Assembly: GCF_055900595.2 (NCBI RefSeq)
Contig: NZ_CM148325.1
Reading direction: 5' to 3' (one strand)
DNA length: 64,000 bases
Shown here: in pieces, positions 44,539 through 57,083 of the stretch
How positions within the stretch are numbered: position 1 is the stretch's first letter
Layout of the letters: each line of letters starts with the position of its first letter
Notes under the pieces: generated by a model
What the model was told of the DNA's origin: nothing
What the model saw: only the letters and a program-made list of their open reading frames with translations
The model's database searches: none
Translations under genes and position numbers: made by a program

Positions 44539-45465
44539 TCATTGCTTTAATCTGGCGGCGGTTTTCACCTCAATCTGTTTAAGTAGGCTGCCGCTGTTCG
44601 GGCGGATAAAATCAGCGATTTCCCACTTACCTTCGCGCCGCTGTAAAACCAGTTCTTGCTCTTCGTTGTTGCCATTGGTCAGCGTAAAACGAACATGAAT
44701 GCGGGCGGAATCGGTGGTTTTCTCCAGGACACGGATTTCATCAACGCGTGAAAATAGCGACTCTTCGCCAAAACAGATCGGATTGTCGTAAATAAATTGC
44801 CGTTCTATTTGCATATCTTCATCGGGATTGTTGGCAGTCTTGAAGGTGGTTTTATAGAAGGCATTGACCGCCTGGCGGTAAGAGTCGGAAACCACCCACG
44901 TCCACGGCCAGCTATAATCAGCAATATGTTCAAAGAGTTCGGCAACAAAGGCTTCCGGCTGTTCTTTTTGCAACGAAGCTACAGCGGCCAGCGTTTTTTC
45001 ATTCTCGCTATTAACTGCTTGTAAGACGCTGCCATGATTGCTGACAATATCGTCAATGACCCAACGACCATTTTCCGCCACCATTTTCAGTGTCTGCGTG
45101 GTCTTTTCTTTATCGTCTTTAAAGATACGAAAGCGCACAACGGCATCGGCATGATCGGCGTCAGGTTGGGTTATCGCTACGCTTTCTAACACCAGATCGC
45201 CAAAATCCTGACAATCACAAACCGGATCATAATCCAGCCAGCCAATATTGCCCGGCAGCGTAAGATTGTCGTTCAGGGTAAGCGCCTGTTGAATACGCGC
45301 AGAAGTTATCGCTCGCTCTCCGGTTTCACCAAAATAAGGCGTACTGGCATCTGATTTATAGTTCTGATAAATCTGCCGGACTGTTTGTTCTACGGTCTGT
45401 GAAGGAGGCTGCGCGTGTACGGTAAAACTTGCCAGGGCTGCTAAAAACAGAAGTATTATTTTCAT
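44539..45465 (-). CDS. yqhG: DUF3828 periplasmic protein YqhG
   Basis: 308-aa ORF with signal peptide MKIILLFLAALASFTVHA. Confidence 0.8.
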   Translation of the reverse strand: MKIILLFLAALASFTVHAQPPSQTVEQTVRQIYQNYKSDASTPYFGETGERAITSARIQQALTLNDNLTLPGNIGWLDYDPVCDCQDFGDLVLESVAITQPDADHADAVVRFRIFKDDKEKTTQTLKMVAENGRWVIDDIVSNHGSVLQAVNSENEKTLAAVASLQKEQPEAFVAELFEHIADYSWPWTWVVSDSYRQAVNAFYKTTFKTANNPDEDMQIERQFIYDNPICFGEESLFSRVDEIRVLEKTTDSARIHVRFTLTNGNNEEQELVLQRREGKWEIADFIRPNSGSLLKQIEVKTAARLKQ

Positions 45466-45664
45466 CTGTTTTTCACCTCTCCGTTGCGTTTATCCCGGGT
45501 GTAGATGAATTGTTCCTTTAAGAGCTTCCTGCTCTGCATGATGATGTCCTTATATTTGGCATTCCTGAACAAGGAAGAGTAACAATGGGCAGGACGCGAG
45601 GGGAATAAATGATTTCTGAAAAGTCCGGTAGCGGAACATTACCGCCACCGGGAGAATTTGCGCG

Positions 45665-46492
45665 TTAGCCGCCGAACTGGTCGGGATCGGGGCCGAGGCG
45701 TTTGCCCTGGTCGAGTTTGGCAATTTCACCTAGCTCGTCTTTGTCGAGACGGAAATCCCAGACATCAAAGTTTTCGGCAATACGTGAAGGTGTTACCGAT
45801 TTCGGGATCACCACCAGGCCGTTATCCAGATGCCAGCGGATAACAATCTGCGCCGGGGTTTTGCCGTATTTATCTGCCAGATCGCGAATGACTTTCTGAT
45901 CGAAAACGCCTTTCCCACCTTGCGCTAATGGGCTCCAGGATTCGGTCTGGATTTTGTGTGTCGCGTTCCAGGCGTGAAGCTGGCGTTGCTGCATCAGCGG
46001 GTGGAGTTCAATCTGGTTTATCACCGGCGTCACGCCAGTTTCATCAATCAGGCGTTGCAGGTGGTGGATCTGGAAGTTGCACACGCCGATGCTTTTGATT
46101 AAGCCCTCTTTTTGCAATTCGATCATGCCCTTCCATGCTTCGACATAATGGTCAATAGCAGGAACGGGCCAGTGCATTAAGTAAAGGTCGACATAATCAA
46201 GCTGGAGTTTTTTCAGGCTGTCGAGCAGGGCTTCGCGGGGGCGCTTGTGGTCGTCGTTCCACAGTTTAGTGGTGATGAACAGTTCTTCTCTGTTAACTGA
46301 GGCATTTTTCAGGGCTTTGCCGACACCTTCTTCGTTCTTATAGGCCGCGGCGGTATCAATCGAGCGATAACCCACGTCTAACGCTTTTTGAATGGCAGTG
46401 ATTACTTCCTCATTACTTGCTTGCCAGACGCCCAGTCCCAACTGGGGCATGACATTGCCATCCTGTAGCTTAATAACGGTTGGATTAGCCAT
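45665..46492 (-). CDS. dkgA: aldo-keto reductase (2,5-diketo-D-gluconate reductase A / methylglyoxal reductase)
   Basis: 275-aa AKR ORF MANPTVIKLQDGNVMPQLGLGVWQ... Confidence 0.9.
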   Translation of the reverse strand: MANPTVIKLQDGNVMPQLGLGVWQASNEEVITAIQKALDVGYRSIDTAAAYKNEEGVGKALKNASVNREELFITTKLWNDDHKRPREALLDSLKKLQLDYVDLYLMHWPVPAIDHYVEAWKGMIELQKEGLIKSIGVCNFQIHHLQRLIDETGVTPVINQIELHPLMQQRQLHAWNATHKIQTESWSPLAQGGKGVFDQKVIRDLADKYGKTPAQIVIRWHLDNGLVVIPKSVTPSRIAENFDVWDFRLDKDELGEIAKLDQGKRLGPDPDQFGG

Positions 46493-46596
46493 ACGTTCCT
46501 CCTTTATATGAACTCACCGGAGCAGGCTCCGGTGAGGTGTTGTGAACTTAAGTCTGGACGAAATGCCCGAAAACGAAAGTTTGAGGCGTAAAAAGC

Positions 46597-47760
46597 TTAG
46601 CGGGCGGCTTCGTATATGCGGCGGCTGACATCCAGCGTAATGTCATGATTTTCGCCCAGTTGGGTCATACCGTGCTCTTCCAGTTTTTTCAACAAAGCCG
46701 GGATGGAGCTGCCGTCCAGACCGTAGTCGGAGAGGTGGGTCGGCACGCCTAATTGCTCAAAGAAATTGCGGGTTGCGGCAATCGCGGCGTCAATACGCTC
46801 ATCGTCAGAACCTTCTGTGATGTTCCAGACGCGTTCAGCATATTGCAGCAGTTTAGCGCGTTTAGTGTCGCGTTTCTCATTCCACAGTGCAGGCAGGACG
46901 ATAGCCAGCGTTTGCGCGTGATCCAGACCGTGCATCGCAGTCAGTTCGTGGCCCAGCATATGCGTTGCCCAATCCTGGGGTACACCTGCGCCAATTAAAC
47001 CGTTCAGCGCCTGAGTCGCCGCCCACATAACGTTGGCGCGTACATCGTAGTTTTCTGGCTCTTTCAGGGCTTTCGGACCATCTTCGATCAGCGTCAGCAA
47101 AATGCCTTCTGCGAAACGGTCCTGAATTTTGGCATCAACCGGTTTGGTAACATACTGTTCCACGGTGTGCACAAAGGCATCCACTACACCGTTAGCCACC
47201 TGACGCGGCGGCAGAGTGTAGGTATAAACCGGATCGAGCACGGCAAATACCGGCTGAACATGGGCAGAATGGAACGCCTGCTTGTCGCCTGTAGTTTTAC
47301 GGGAGATGACCGCACCTGCGTTGGATTCTGAACCGGTTGCTGGCAGCGTCAGCACACAGCCCATCGGGATGGCGCTTTTAATCTCTTTACCGCCCGTTTG
47401 TAGAATGTGCCACGGATCGATATTTTCTGGATAGTTAGCCGCCGCAGCGATAAATTTGGTGCCGTCCAGTACAGAACCGCCGCCAACCGCCAGCAGGAAG
47501 GTTACTTTCTGTTCGCGAACCAGTTTCACGGCATTCATCAGCGTTTCATAAGCCGGGTTTGGCTCAATACCGCCAAATTCCAGCACGTCCATGCCTTTCA
47601 GGGCATCCAGAACTTGATCGAGAACGCCGGTTTTTTTCACGCTGCCGCCGCCGTAGGTAATCAATACGCGTGCATCGTGAGGAATTTGCTCGCGTAAACA
47701 AGCGATTGCGCCTTTACCAAACAGAATGCGGGTTGGGGTGTGCAGATTAAAGTTGTTCAT
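46597..47760 (-). CDS. yqhD: NADPH-dependent aldehyde reductase (iron-containing alcohol dehydrogenase family)
   Basis: 387-aa product from [19 protein letters not shown]...; track ORF has an 8-codon extension. Confidence 0.9.
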   Translation of the reverse strand: MNNFNLHTPTRILFGKGAIACLREQIPHDARVLITYGGGSVKKTGVLDQVLDALKGMDVLEFGGIEPNPAYETLMNAVKLVREQKVTFLLAVGGGSVLDGTKFIAAAANYPENIDPWHILQTGGKEIKSAIPMGCVLTLPATGSESNAGAVISRKTTGDKQAFHSAHVQPVFAVLDPVYTYTLPPRQVANGVVDAFVHTVEQYVTKPVDAKIQDRFAEGILLTLIEDGPKALKEPENYDVRANVMWAATQALNGLIGAGVPQDWATHMLGHELTAMHGLDHAQTLAIVLPALWNEKRDTKRAKLLQYAERVWNITEGSDDERIDAAIAATRNFFEQLGVPTHLSDYGLDGSSIPALLKKLEEHGMTQLGENHDITLDVSRRIYEAAR

Positions 47761-47896
47761 TACTTGCTCCCTTTGCTGGGTCAATATGAGGGCAGAGATC
47801 GGTCTGCCTGATGTTTTTCATTGTGGTCGCCAGCGCCGTACCTCTCAATGCTCATTTCTGCCAATGTCTTGCCTATTTCTCCAGAGTGCTGGAGAA

Positions 47897-48853
47897 ATGC
47901 TACAAAATTGCGCACAATCAAATTGCCGCATTATTCCTAAGAAATTACGCGATATGAAACGTGAAGAGATTTGCCGCTTGCTGGCGGGTAAAGTTAATAA
48001 ACTGAAAAATAAAGAAAATAGTTTGTCAGAGCTATTGCCCGATGTGCGTTTGTTGTATGGCGAGACGCCTTTCGCACGTACGCCGGTGATGTACGAGCCC
48101 GGCATCATAATTCTCTTTTCTGGGCATAAAATCGGTTATATCAATGAACGCGTGTTTCGTTATGATGCCAATGAATATCTGCTGCTGACGGTGCCGTTGC
48201 CGTTTGAGTGCGAAACTTATGCAACGTCAGAGGTACCGCTGGCAGGGTTGCGTCTCAATGTCGATGTTTTGCAGTTACAAGAGCTGTTGATGGACATTGG
48301 CGAAGATGAGCATTTTCGTCCGTCGATGGCAGCCAGCGGGATTAACTCTGCCACGTTATCAGAAGAGATTTTATGTGCGGCGGAGCGGTTACTCGACGTG
48401 ATGGAGCGACCGCTGGATGCGCGTATTCTCGGCAAACAGATCATCCGCGAAATTCTGTACTACGTGCTGACCGGACCTTGCGGTGGCGCGTTACTGGCGC
48501 TGGTCAGCCGTCAGACCCACTTCAGCCTGATTAGTCGTGTGCTGAAACGAATTGAGAATAAATACACCGAAAACCTGAGCGTCGAGCAACTGGCGGCAGA
48601 AGCCAACATGAGCGTATCGGCGTTCCACCATAATTTTAAGTCTGTCACTAGCACCTCGCCGTTGCAGTATTTGAAGAATTACCGTCTGCATAAGGCGCGG
48701 ATGATGATTATCCACGACGGCATGAAGGCCAGTGCAGCAGCGATGCGCGTCGGCTACGAAAGCGCGTCGCAATTTAGCCGTGAGTTTAAACGTTACTTTG
48801 GTGTGACACCGGGGGAGGATGCGGCAAGAATGCGGGCGATGCAGGGGAGTTAA
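47897..48853 (+). CDS. yqhC: AraC-family transcriptional activator of yqhD-dkgA
   Basis: 318-aa product from [16 protein letters not shown]...; C-terminal AraC HTH; track ORF start 47726 overlaps the yqhD start. Confidence 0.85.
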   Translation: MLQNCAQSNCRIIPKKLRDMKREEICRLLAGKVNKLKNKENSLSELLPDVRLLYGETPFARTPVMYEPGIIILFSGHKIGYINERVFRYDANEYLLLTVPLPFECETYATSEVPLAGLRLNVDVLQLQELLMDIGEDEHFRPSMAASGINSATLSEEILCAAERLLDVMERPLDARILGKQIIREILYYVLTGPCGGALLALVSRQTHFSLISRVLKRIENKYTENLSVEQLAAEANMSVSAFHHNFKSVTSTSPLQYLKNYRLHKARMMIIHDGMKASAAAMRVGYESASQFSREFKRYFGVTPGEDAARMRAMQGS

Positions 48854-48892
48854 ATGCGTTCCCGGTACCGCAACCGGGAACGGGGGAAATTG

Positions 48893-49552
48893 TCAGGCGT
48901 TACAGTATTTCTTTTTAATCACCACAAACAGCGTGCCTAACAAGCCTGCAGTTAACAAGGCAATCGGCAGGATCATCAGGAATGTCATTACCTGATCTTC
49001 ATGCCGTTTAACGAACGGAATCATGCTTAAGGCATAGCCGAAACTGGTTACTACGCTGACCCACAGCAATCCGCTTAGCCAGTTGAAAAACTGGAAGCGA
49101 CGGTTTGGTAGACCGGAAATACCCGCCATGGTTGGCAACAGCGTACGGACAAATGCGAGAAAACGTCCAGCCAGCAGCGCCAGCAGACCGTGACGGTCAA
49201 ACATACAGGTAGCACGCTGGTGATATTTGGCAGGAAGCTGTGCCAGCCAGCCTTTCACCGTTTTAGTATTCCCTAACCAGCGCCCCTGAATATAACTTAA
49301 CCAGCAGCCCAAACTTGCTGCGGCGGTCAGAATCGCAATCGTTGGCAGAAAATCCATAACCCCCTGGGCAATCAATGCGCCTGCCAGTATCAACAAGCTG
49401 TCGCCTGGCAAAAATGAGGCGGGCAGCAGGCCGTTTTCTAAAAACAGCGTGGCAAACATGACAAAGTAAACAACGCTAACAATATGAGGATCCGCCAGCG
49501 CGGCAAAGTCGTGTTGCCAGAGCGCAGCGATGATATCTTGAATAACAGCCAT
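48893..49552 (-). CDS. yghB: DedA-family inner membrane protein YghB
   Basis: 219-aa membrane ORF. Confidence 0.85.
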
Positions 49553-49690
49553 GGACTTTCCTGTGGAACAGCGTTTAAGCCTTTATCTGCCTATTGTACT
49601 CCTGAATCACCCGGGACGCCTTGATCCCGGACGCAACAATTTAAGACTTTTCACAATTAAATGTCTGCAAATTTGTCCAAACTGGCAACA

Positions 49691-50878
49691 TTACACAATT
49701 CGCGCAAAACCGGCGTCCAGATCGGCAATCAAATCGTCGACATCTTCCAGACCAATATGCAGGCGAATCAAGGTCCCGCTAAAATCGATCTCGCCTTGTG
49801 GACGAATGGCGGCGATATGTTCTGGTTGATTTGCCAGGATCAACGATTCATAACCGCCCCACGAGTAGGCCATGCTGAATAAACTGAAGTTATCCAGATA
49901 GTTCGCCAGCTCTTCATCATTGAGTTTTTTCTTAAGCACAAAGGAAAATAGCCCGCTGCTACCTGTAAAGTCTCGTTGCCAGAATTCGTGACCTTTACTG
50001 CCAGGCAGAGCAGGGTGGTTAACTCGTGCTACTTGCGGATGTTCCGCCAGCCATTTAGCTACTTTCAGGCTACTTTCGTGATGTTGACGCAGGCGAACAC
50101 CCAAAGTGCGCAGGCCACGGCTGGTTATATAGGCGGTATCGGCATCGACCATCTGCCCCATCAGATAGGCATTCTCCCGTAGCTGCTCCCAGCAACGGGC
50201 ATTGCATACGGCAGTACCAATCATCGCATCTGAATGCCCAACCAGATATTTGGTAGCGGCCTGAATGGAAACATCAATGCCAAAATCCAGCGCCTTAAAC
50301 AGCACGCCGGCCGCCCAGGTGTTATCGATCATAATGATGGCATCTGGCACTACACTGCGCACGGCGGCAACAATCGCCGGAACGTCGTGGACTTCCATGG
50401 TGATGGAGCCCGGCGATTCCAGAAATACAATTTTAGTGTTTGGCTGCACATGTTTAACAATATTCGCGCCAATCAGCGGATCAAACCACGATGTCGTTAC
50501 GCCCAGTTTGCTGAGGATTTTGCTACAGAAATCCTGACTCGGTTCATAGGCGGTGTTGGTCATCAACACATGATCGCCCTGTTCGACAAAAGCAAGAATG
50601 GAATTAGCAACCGCTGCTGCTCCGCAGGGGAACAGCACGCAGCCTGCGCCACCTTCCAGTTCGCACATCGCTTCTTGTAAGGAGAAATGGGTTAACGTTC
50701 CACGCCGTCCATAAAACAACTCGCCATTGGCGCGATTGCGTGTCGCGTGTTTTTTGGCTTCCACACTGTCAAAGACCAGCGAAGAAGCGCGCTGAATCAC
50801 GCTATTTACCGCGCCGAGAGTGTATTTTTTGCTGCGTCCTGCGTTGACCAGTTGAGTATCAAGCTTGTTTTCCGCCAT
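49691..50878 (-). CDS. metC: cystathionine beta-lyase (PLP-dependent)
   Basis: 395-aa product from [27 protein letters not shown]...; track ORF has a 45-codon extension. Confidence 0.9.
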   Translation of the reverse strand: MAENKLDTQLVNAGRSKKYTLGAVNSVIQRASSLVFDSVEAKKHATRNRANGELFYGRRGTLTHFSLQEAMCELEGGAGCVLFPCGAAAVANSILAFVEQGDHVLMTNTAYEPSQDFCSKILSKLGVTTSWFDPLIGANIVKHVQPNTKIVFLESPGSITMEVHDVPAIVAAVRSVVPDAIIMIDNTWAAGVLFKALDFGIDVSIQAATKYLVGHSDAMIGTAVCNARCWEQLRENAYLMGQMVDADTAYITSRGLRTLGVRLRQHHESSLKVAKWLAEHPQVARVNHPALPGSKGHEFWQRDFTGSSGLFSFVLKKKLNDEELANYLDNFSLFSMAYSWGGYESLILANQPEHIAAIRPQGEIDFSGTLIRLHIGLEDVDDLIADLDAGFARIV

Positions 50879-50896
50879 GTCCGGATTCCTGTTTTT

Positions 50897-50912
50897 ATAC
50901 GTCTGGATGTCT
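50897..50912. promoter_or_regulatory. putative MetJ operator (tandem met-box-like 8-mers) upstream of metC
   Basis: atacgtct ggatgtct resemble the AGACGTCT met-box consensus (7/8 and 6/8), 19-34 bp upstream of the metC start. Confidence 0.4.
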
Positions 50913-51129
50913 AAACTAGCATGAATATTCGCGGGCGCATCCTGAAGAATTGGCATAAAGCAGAAAATTTTTGCAAATGGCGTGCTGGTGACTTTTTTAC
51001 TGCGTAAACGCAAGGAAAAGAAAGCAAAGGTACGGCAGTATGCAAATAGTAATGAGAACGACTATCAATTCGACGCCGTTTTGATATTATTATGCGCAGA
51101 TTTTGTGACTTGCGTCCTGGAGATACACA

Positions 51130-51864
51130 GTGGGTAATAATTTAATGCAGACGGACCTTTCCGTCTGGGGTATGTATCAGCACGCCGATATTGTCGTTAA
51201 GTGCGTGATGATTGGGCTTATTTTGGCCTCCGTAGTCACTTGGGCAATCTTCTTCAGTAAGAGCGTTGAGTTCTTCAATCAGAAGCGTCGCCTGAAACGC
51301 GAACAGCAACTGCTGGCCCAAGCGCGTTCCTTGAACCAGGCCAACGATATCGCCGCTGATTTTGGTAGCAAAAGCTTAAGCCTGCATTTGCTCAATGAAG
51401 CGCAGGATGAGCTGGAACTGTCAGAAGGCAGCGACGATAACGAAGGTATTAAAGAACGTACCAGCTTCCGTCTGGAGCGTCGGGTCGCCGCCGTGGGGCG
51501 TCAAATGGGCCGCGGTAACGGCTACCTTGCAACCATCGGCGCGATTTCGCCGTTTGTGGGCCTCTTTGGTACGGTCTGGGGCATCATGAACAGCTTTATC
51601 GGTATTGCGCAAACGCAGACCACTAATCTGGCTGTCGTTGCGCCGGGTATCGCAGAAGCTCTGTTAGCAACGGCAATCGGCCTCGTGGCAGCGATTCCAG
51701 CGGTCGTTATCTATAACGTATTTGCACGTCAGATTGGCGGCTTTAAAGCGATGCTGGGTGATGTCGCAGCGCAGGTATTATTGCTGCAAAGTCGTGACCT
51801 GGATCTGGAAGCCAGCGCCGCTGCGCATCCGGTTCGTGTCGCCCAAAAATTACGCGCAGGATAA
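51130..51864 (+). CDS. exbB: TonB-system energizer ExbB
   Basis: 244-aa ORF, GTG start, MGNNLMQTDLSVWGMYQHADIVVK... Confidence 0.9.
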   Translation: MGNNLMQTDLSVWGMYQHADIVVKCVMIGLILASVVTWAIFFSKSVEFFNQKRRLKREQQLLAQARSLNQANDIAADFGSKSLSLHLLNEAQDELELSEGSDDNEGIKERTSFRLERRVAAVGRQMGRGNGYLATIGAISPFVGLFGTVWGIMNSFIGIAQTQTTNLAVVAPGIAEALLATAIGLVAAIPAVVIYNVFARQIGGFKAMLGDVAAQVLLLQSRDLDLEASAAAHPVRVAQKLRAG

Positions 51865-51870
51865 TGTTCG

Positions 51871-52296
51871 ATGGCAATGCATCTTAACGAAAACCTCGAC
51901 GATAACGGCGAAATGCATGATATCAACGTGACGCCGTTTATCGACGTGATGTTGGTTCTGCTGATTATCTTTATGGTGGCAGCGCCGTTAGCGACGGTAG
52001 ATGTGAAGGTGAACTTGCCTGCTTCTACCAGCACGCCGCAGCCTCGTCCGGAAAAACCGGTTTATCTGTCGGTGAAGGCGGACAACTCGATGTTTATCGG
52101 TAACGATCCGGTCACCGATGAAACAATGGTTACAGCGCTGAATGCGTTAACCGAAGGTAAGAAAGATACCACTATCTTCTTCCGTGCGGATAAAACCGTC
52201 GATTACGAGACGTTGATGAAGGTAATGGATACGCTGCATCAGGCGGGTTACCTGAAGATAGGTCTGGTCGGCGAAGAAACTGCCAAAGCGAAGTAA
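51871..52296 (+). CDS. exbD: TonB-system energizer ExbD
   Basis: 141-aa ORF MAMHLNENLDDNGEMHDINVTPFIDVMLVLLIIFMV... Confidence 0.9.
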   Translation: MAMHLNENLDDNGEMHDINVTPFIDVMLVLLIIFMVAAPLATVDVKVNLPASTSTPQPRPEKPVYLSVKADNSMFIGNDPVTDETMVTALNALTEGKKDTTIFFRADKTVDYETLMKVMDTLHQAGYLKIGLVGEETAKAK

Positions 52297-52304
52297 AGAC
52301 AATT

Positions 52305-52402
52305 GCCTGATGCGCTACGCTTATCAGGCCTACAAAATATATTGCAACATATTGAATTTGCATGACATGTAGGCCGGATAAGGCGTTTAGACCGCATCCG
52401 GC
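52305..52402. repeat. BIME: two REP elements in inverted orientation
   Basis: gcctgatgcgctacgcttatcaggcctac ... gtaggccggataaggcgtttagaccgcatccggc. Confidence 0.6.
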
Positions 52403-52423
52403 AAGAGTTAAATGCATAATGAT

Positions 52424-52457
52424 GCCCGGTTGCTTTTCGCAACCGGGCATTTTTTTA
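52424..52457. terminator. Rho-independent terminator (exbBD / yghA convergent)
   Basis: gcccggttgc-ttttc-gcaaccgggc followed by ATTTTTTT. Confidence 0.55.
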
Positions 52458-53339
52458 GCCTAAATGCTCGCCGCCGCACACGCCGTGCACTTCTGCGGTG
52501 ACATAGCTCGACTCCTGACTTGCTAGATAAACATATACAGGGGCCAGTTCCGCCGGTTGCCCCGCACGTTTCATTGGTGTTTGCTGACCAAACTGCGGGA
52601 TCTTATCCTGCGTTTGTCCACCGGAAATTTGCAGTGCTGTCCAGATAGGGCCTGGTGCGACAATGTTCACTCGAATGCCTTTTTCTGCGACCTGTTTTGC
52701 CAGGCCACGGCTGTAGTTCAGAATCGCCGCCTTCGTAGCCGCATAGTCCAGCAAATGTGGGCTTGGCTGGTACGCCTGGATTGACGAAGTGGTGATGATA
52801 CTGGCACCTTTCGGTAGCAGGGGGATCGCTTCCTGGGTGAGCCAGAACAGTGCGAAAACGTTAATGGCAAACGTCTTTTGAAACTGTTCGCTGGTGAGGT
52901 CTGCAATATCAGGAATAGCAACCTGTTTCCCGGCGACCAGCGCCATAATATCCAGCCCGCCTAACGCCTTATGCGCTTCGTGAACCAGCGAACGGGCAAA
53001 CTTCTCATCGCTTAAATCGCCAGGCAGCAGGACGGCTTTGCGTCCGCATTCTTCAATGATCTTTTTCACATCCTGAGCGTCTTCTTCTTCCACGGGAAGA
53101 TAACTGATCGCTACGTCAGCGCCTTCACGCGCGTAAGCGATGGCGGCAGCACGACCGATTCCGGAATCGCCCCCTGTCACCAGTGCTTTACGATCTTTCA
53201 GGCGACCGCTACCAACATAGGTTTTCTCGCCGCAATCCGGCACCGGTGTCATTTTCGCCTGGATGCCTGGCGTCGGTTGTTTCTGTTTGGGATATTCACC
53301 AGTGTAATACTGCGTGGTCGGGTCTTTTAAATGAGACAT
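52455..53339 (-). CDS. yghA: NADP-dependent short-chain dehydrogenase/reductase YghA
   Basis: 294-aa ORF with TGGDSGIG Rossmann motif. Confidence 0.85.
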
Positions 53340-53460
53340 TGTTTTTCTCCCTTCAGGTTCAACGTCCTTTAAGGGTAGACGCTCTCGATGCGTTGATAAG
53401 GGAACCAGGAAGATCCCTAAACCTCGGATTTATGCGACAAAGGTTTAACGGATATGTTGA

Positions 53461-54024
<564 letters not shown>

Positions 54025-54063
54025 TCTGATTCGGGCGCGGTTCTCGCGCCCGTTATTAACAGG

Positions 54064-55104
54064 TCATTTATCGGAAGACGCCTGCCACAGATTCAGCTCG
54101 CCATCGGCGATATGCTGATCAATCTGCGCCAGCTCCTCGGTGCTAAATGTCAGATTATTTAGTGCCTGCACATTCTCTTCCAGTTGCTCCGCGCGGCTGG
54201 CACCAATCAATACCGACGTCACTCGCTCATCTTTCAGCAACCAGCTTAACGCCATTTGCGCCATTGATTGTCCACGCTGCTGTGCCATTTCATTCAATAA
54301 CCGCAGGCTGTTGAGGTTGGCTTCGGTGAGCATTTTCGGCGTCAGGCCACGAACTTTATTCCCTTCACGATGCATACGTGAATTTTCAGGAATACCGTTG
54401 AGATATTTGCCGGTCAGCAATCCCTGAGCCAGAGGAGTAAAGGCAATGCAGCCCACGCCGTTATGTTGCAGGGTATCCAGCAGGCCGCTTTTATCCACCC
54501 AGCGGTTCAGCAAATTGTACGAAGGTTGATGAATTAACAGCGGAATTTTCCACTCGCGCAGCAACTCGACCATTTTTTGCGTCCGCTCTGGCGAGTAAGA
54601 GGAGATCCCGACATAAAGCGCCTTACCGCTTTGTACCACATGAGCCAGCGCAGAGGCGGTTTCTTCCATCGGCGTATTTTCATCGACGCGATGAGAGTAA
54701 AAGATATCGACATACTCAAGCCCCATCCGCTTCAGGCTTTGGTCGAGGCTGGCGAGCAGGTATTTACGTGAGCCGCCAGAGCCGTACGGGCCGGGCCACA
54801 TATCGTATCCGGCTTTGGTAGAGATAATCAGTTCATCGCGATAAGCGGCAAAATCCTCCCGCAGCAGGCGACCAAAGTTCTCTTCTGCGCTTCCTGGAGG
54901 CGGCCCGTAATTGTTGGCTAAATCAAAGTGCGTAATGCCCAAATCAAACGCTTTGCGCAGGATCGCACGCTGTGATTCCAGTGCGTTAACGTGACCGAAA
55001 TTGTGCCATAAACCGAGCGATAACGCGGGCAGGCGTAAACCGCTTTTTCCGCAATAGCGGTATTGCATCTGCCCGTAACGTTCGGGATTCGCTAACCAGA
55101 CCAT
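54064..55104 (-). CDS. gpr: L-glyceraldehyde 3-phosphate reductase (aldo-keto reductase)
   Basis: 346-aa product from MVWLANPERYGQMQYRYCGKSGLRLPALSLGLW...; track ORF has a 37-codon extension. Confidence 0.9.
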   Translation of the reverse strand: MVWLANPERYGQMQYRYCGKSGLRLPALSLGLWHNFGHVNALESQRAILRKAFDLGITHFDLANNYGPPPGSAEENFGRLLREDFAAYRDELIISTKAGYDMWPGPYGSGGSRKYLLASLDQSLKRMGLEYVDIFYSHRVDENTPMEETASALAHVVQSGKALYVGISSYSPERTQKMVELLREWKIPLLIHQPSYNLLNRWVDKSGLLDTLQHNGVGCIAFTPLAQGLLTGKYLNGIPENSRMHREGNKVRGLTPKMLTEANLNSLRLLNEMAQQRGQSMAQMALSWLLKDERVTSVLIGASRAEQLEENVQALNNLTFSTEELAQIDQHIADGELNLWQASSDK

Positions 55105-55791
55105 GACCTCTCCTTTCCACCATTCAATTTCGAAACAATGTTTCCAGTTTAGCGATTTACCAGGGGGGATCCCGTAGCATCGCTCACAGTGTGACGAAAA
55201 ACTGGGCAAAAACACGTGCTTATGCTTTGCTTAAAAAAACACCAATTAAGGAGTGCAATGATGCCGCGTCTGACCGCTAAAGATTTCCCACAAGAGTTGC
55301 TGGATTACTACGACTATTACGCTCACGGGAAAATTTCGAAACGTGAGTTCCTCAACCTTGCGGCGAAGTATGCGGTGGGCGGGATGACGGCATTAGCGTT
55401 GTTTGATTTGCTCAAGCCAAATTATGCGCTGGCGACTCAGGTAGAGTTTACCGACCCGGAAATTGTTGCTGAGTACATCACGTATTCTTCGCCAAATGGT
55501 CACGGCGAGGTACGGGGTTATCTGGTGAAGCCCGCAAAGATGAGCGGCAAAACGCCAGCCGTGGTGGTGGTGCATGAGAATCGTGGACTGAATCCGTATA
55601 TCGAAGATGTGGCACGGCGAGTAGCGAAGGCGGGGTATATCGCCCTGGCACCTGACGGCTTAAGTTCCGTTGGAGGTTATCCGGGTAATGATGATAAAGG
55701 TCGTGAGCTGCAACAGCAGGTTGATCCAACCAAACTGATGAATGATTTCTTTGCCGCAATTGAGTTTATGCAACGCTATCCGCAAGCGACA

Positions 55792-55800
55792 GGCAAAGTG
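55792..55800. repeat. 9-bp target site duplication (GGCAAAGTG), left copy
   Basis: Identical 9-mer directly flanks both IS10 ends. Confidence 0.85.
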
Positions 55801-55813
55801 CTGAGAGATCCCC

Positions 55814-57022
55814 TCATAATTTCCCCAAAACGTAACCATGTGTGAATAGATTTTGAGTAAGCAGGGTTGCAGCCACGAGTGAGTCTTCCCTTGTTATTGT
55901 GTAGCCAGAATGCCGCAAAACTTCCATGCCTAAGCGAACTGTTGAGAGTACGTTTCGATTTCTGACTGTGTTAGCCTGGAAGTGCTTGTCCCAACCTTGT
56001 TTCTGAGCATGAACGCCCGCAAGCCAACATGTTAGTTGAAGCATCAGGGCGATTAGCAGCATGATATCAAAACGCTCTGAGCTGCTCGTTCGGCTATGGC
56101 GTAGGCCTAGTCCGTAGGCAGGACTTTTCAAGTCTCGGAAGGTTTCTTCAATCTGCATTCGCTTCGAATAGATATTAACAAGTTGTTTGGGTGTTCGAAT
56201 TTCAACAGGTAAGTTAGTTGCTAGAATCCATGGCTCCTTTGCCGACGCTGAGTAGATTTTAGGTGACGGGTGGTGACAATGAGTCCGTGTCGAGCGCTGA
56301 TTTTTTCGGCCTTTAGAGCGAGATTTATACAATAGAATTTGGCATGAGATTGGATTGCTTTTAGTCAGCCTCTTATAGCCTAAAGTCTTTGAGTGACTAG
56401 ATGACATATCATGTAAGTTGCTGATAGGTTTCCAGTTTTCCGCTCCTAGGTCTGCATATTGTACTTTTCCTCTTACTCGACTTAACCAGTACCAACCCAG
56501 CTTCTCAACGGATTTATACCATGGCACTTTAAAGCCAGCATCACTGACAATGAGCGGTGTGGTGTTACTCGGTAGAATGCTCGCAAGGTCGGCTAGAAAT
56601 TGGTCATGAGCTTTCTTTGAACATTGCTCTGAAAGCGGGAACGCTTTCTCATAAAGAGTAACAGAACGACCGTGTAGTGCGACTGAAGCTCGCAATACCA
56701 TAAGCCGTTTTTGCTCACGGATATCAGACCAGTCAACAAGTACAATGGGCATCGTATTGCCCGAACAGATAAAGCTAGCATGCCAACGGTATACAGCGAG
56801 TCGCTCTTTGTGGAGGTGACGATTACCTAACAATCGGTCGATTCGTTTGATGTTATGTTTTGTTCTCGCTTTGGTTGGCAGGTTACGGCCAAGTTCGGTA
56901 AGAGTGAGAGTTTTACAGTCAAGTAAGGCGTGGCAAGCCAACGTTAAGCTGTTGAGTCGTTTTAAGTGTAATTCGGGGCAGAATTGGTAAAGAGAGTCGT
57001 GTAAAATATCGAGTTCGCACAT
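55814..57022 (-). CDS. tnp: IS10 transposase (IS4 family, DDE)
   Basis: 402-aa ORF MCELDILHDSLYQFCPELHLKRLNSLTLACHALLDCKTLTLTELGRNLPTKARTKHNIKRIDRLLGN... Confidence 0.95.
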   Translation of the reverse strand: MCELDILHDSLYQFCPELHLKRLNSLTLACHALLDCKTLTLTELGRNLPTKARTKHNIKRIDRLLGNRHLHKERLAVYRWHASFICSGNTMPIVLVDWSDIREQKRLMVLRASVALHGRSVTLYEKAFPLSEQCSKKAHDQFLADLASILPSNTTPLIVSDAGFKVPWYKSVEKLGWYWLSRVRGKVQYADLGAENWKPISNLHDMSSSHSKTLGYKRLTKSNPISCQILLYKSRSKGRKNQRSTRTHCHHPSPKIYSASAKEPWILATNLPVEIRTPKQLVNIYSKRMQIEETFRDLKSPAYGLGLRHSRTSSSERFDIMLLIALMLQLTCWLAGVHAQKQGWDKHFQANTVRNRNVLSTVRLGMEVLRHSGYTITREDSLVAATLLTQNLFTHGYVLGKL

Positions 57023-57083
57023 TTTGTTGTCTGATTATTGATTTTTGGCGAAACCATTTGATCATATGACAAGATGTGTATCC
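57015..57083 (+). ncRNA. IS10 RNA-OUT antisense RNA (predicted from IS10 coordinates)
   Basis: Corresponds to IS10 bp 115-47; sequence tcgcacattttgttgtctgattattgatttttggcgaaaccatttgatcatatgacaagatgtgtatcc is antisense to the transposase start; GATC (dam) site in the pIN -10 region. Confidence 0.5.
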
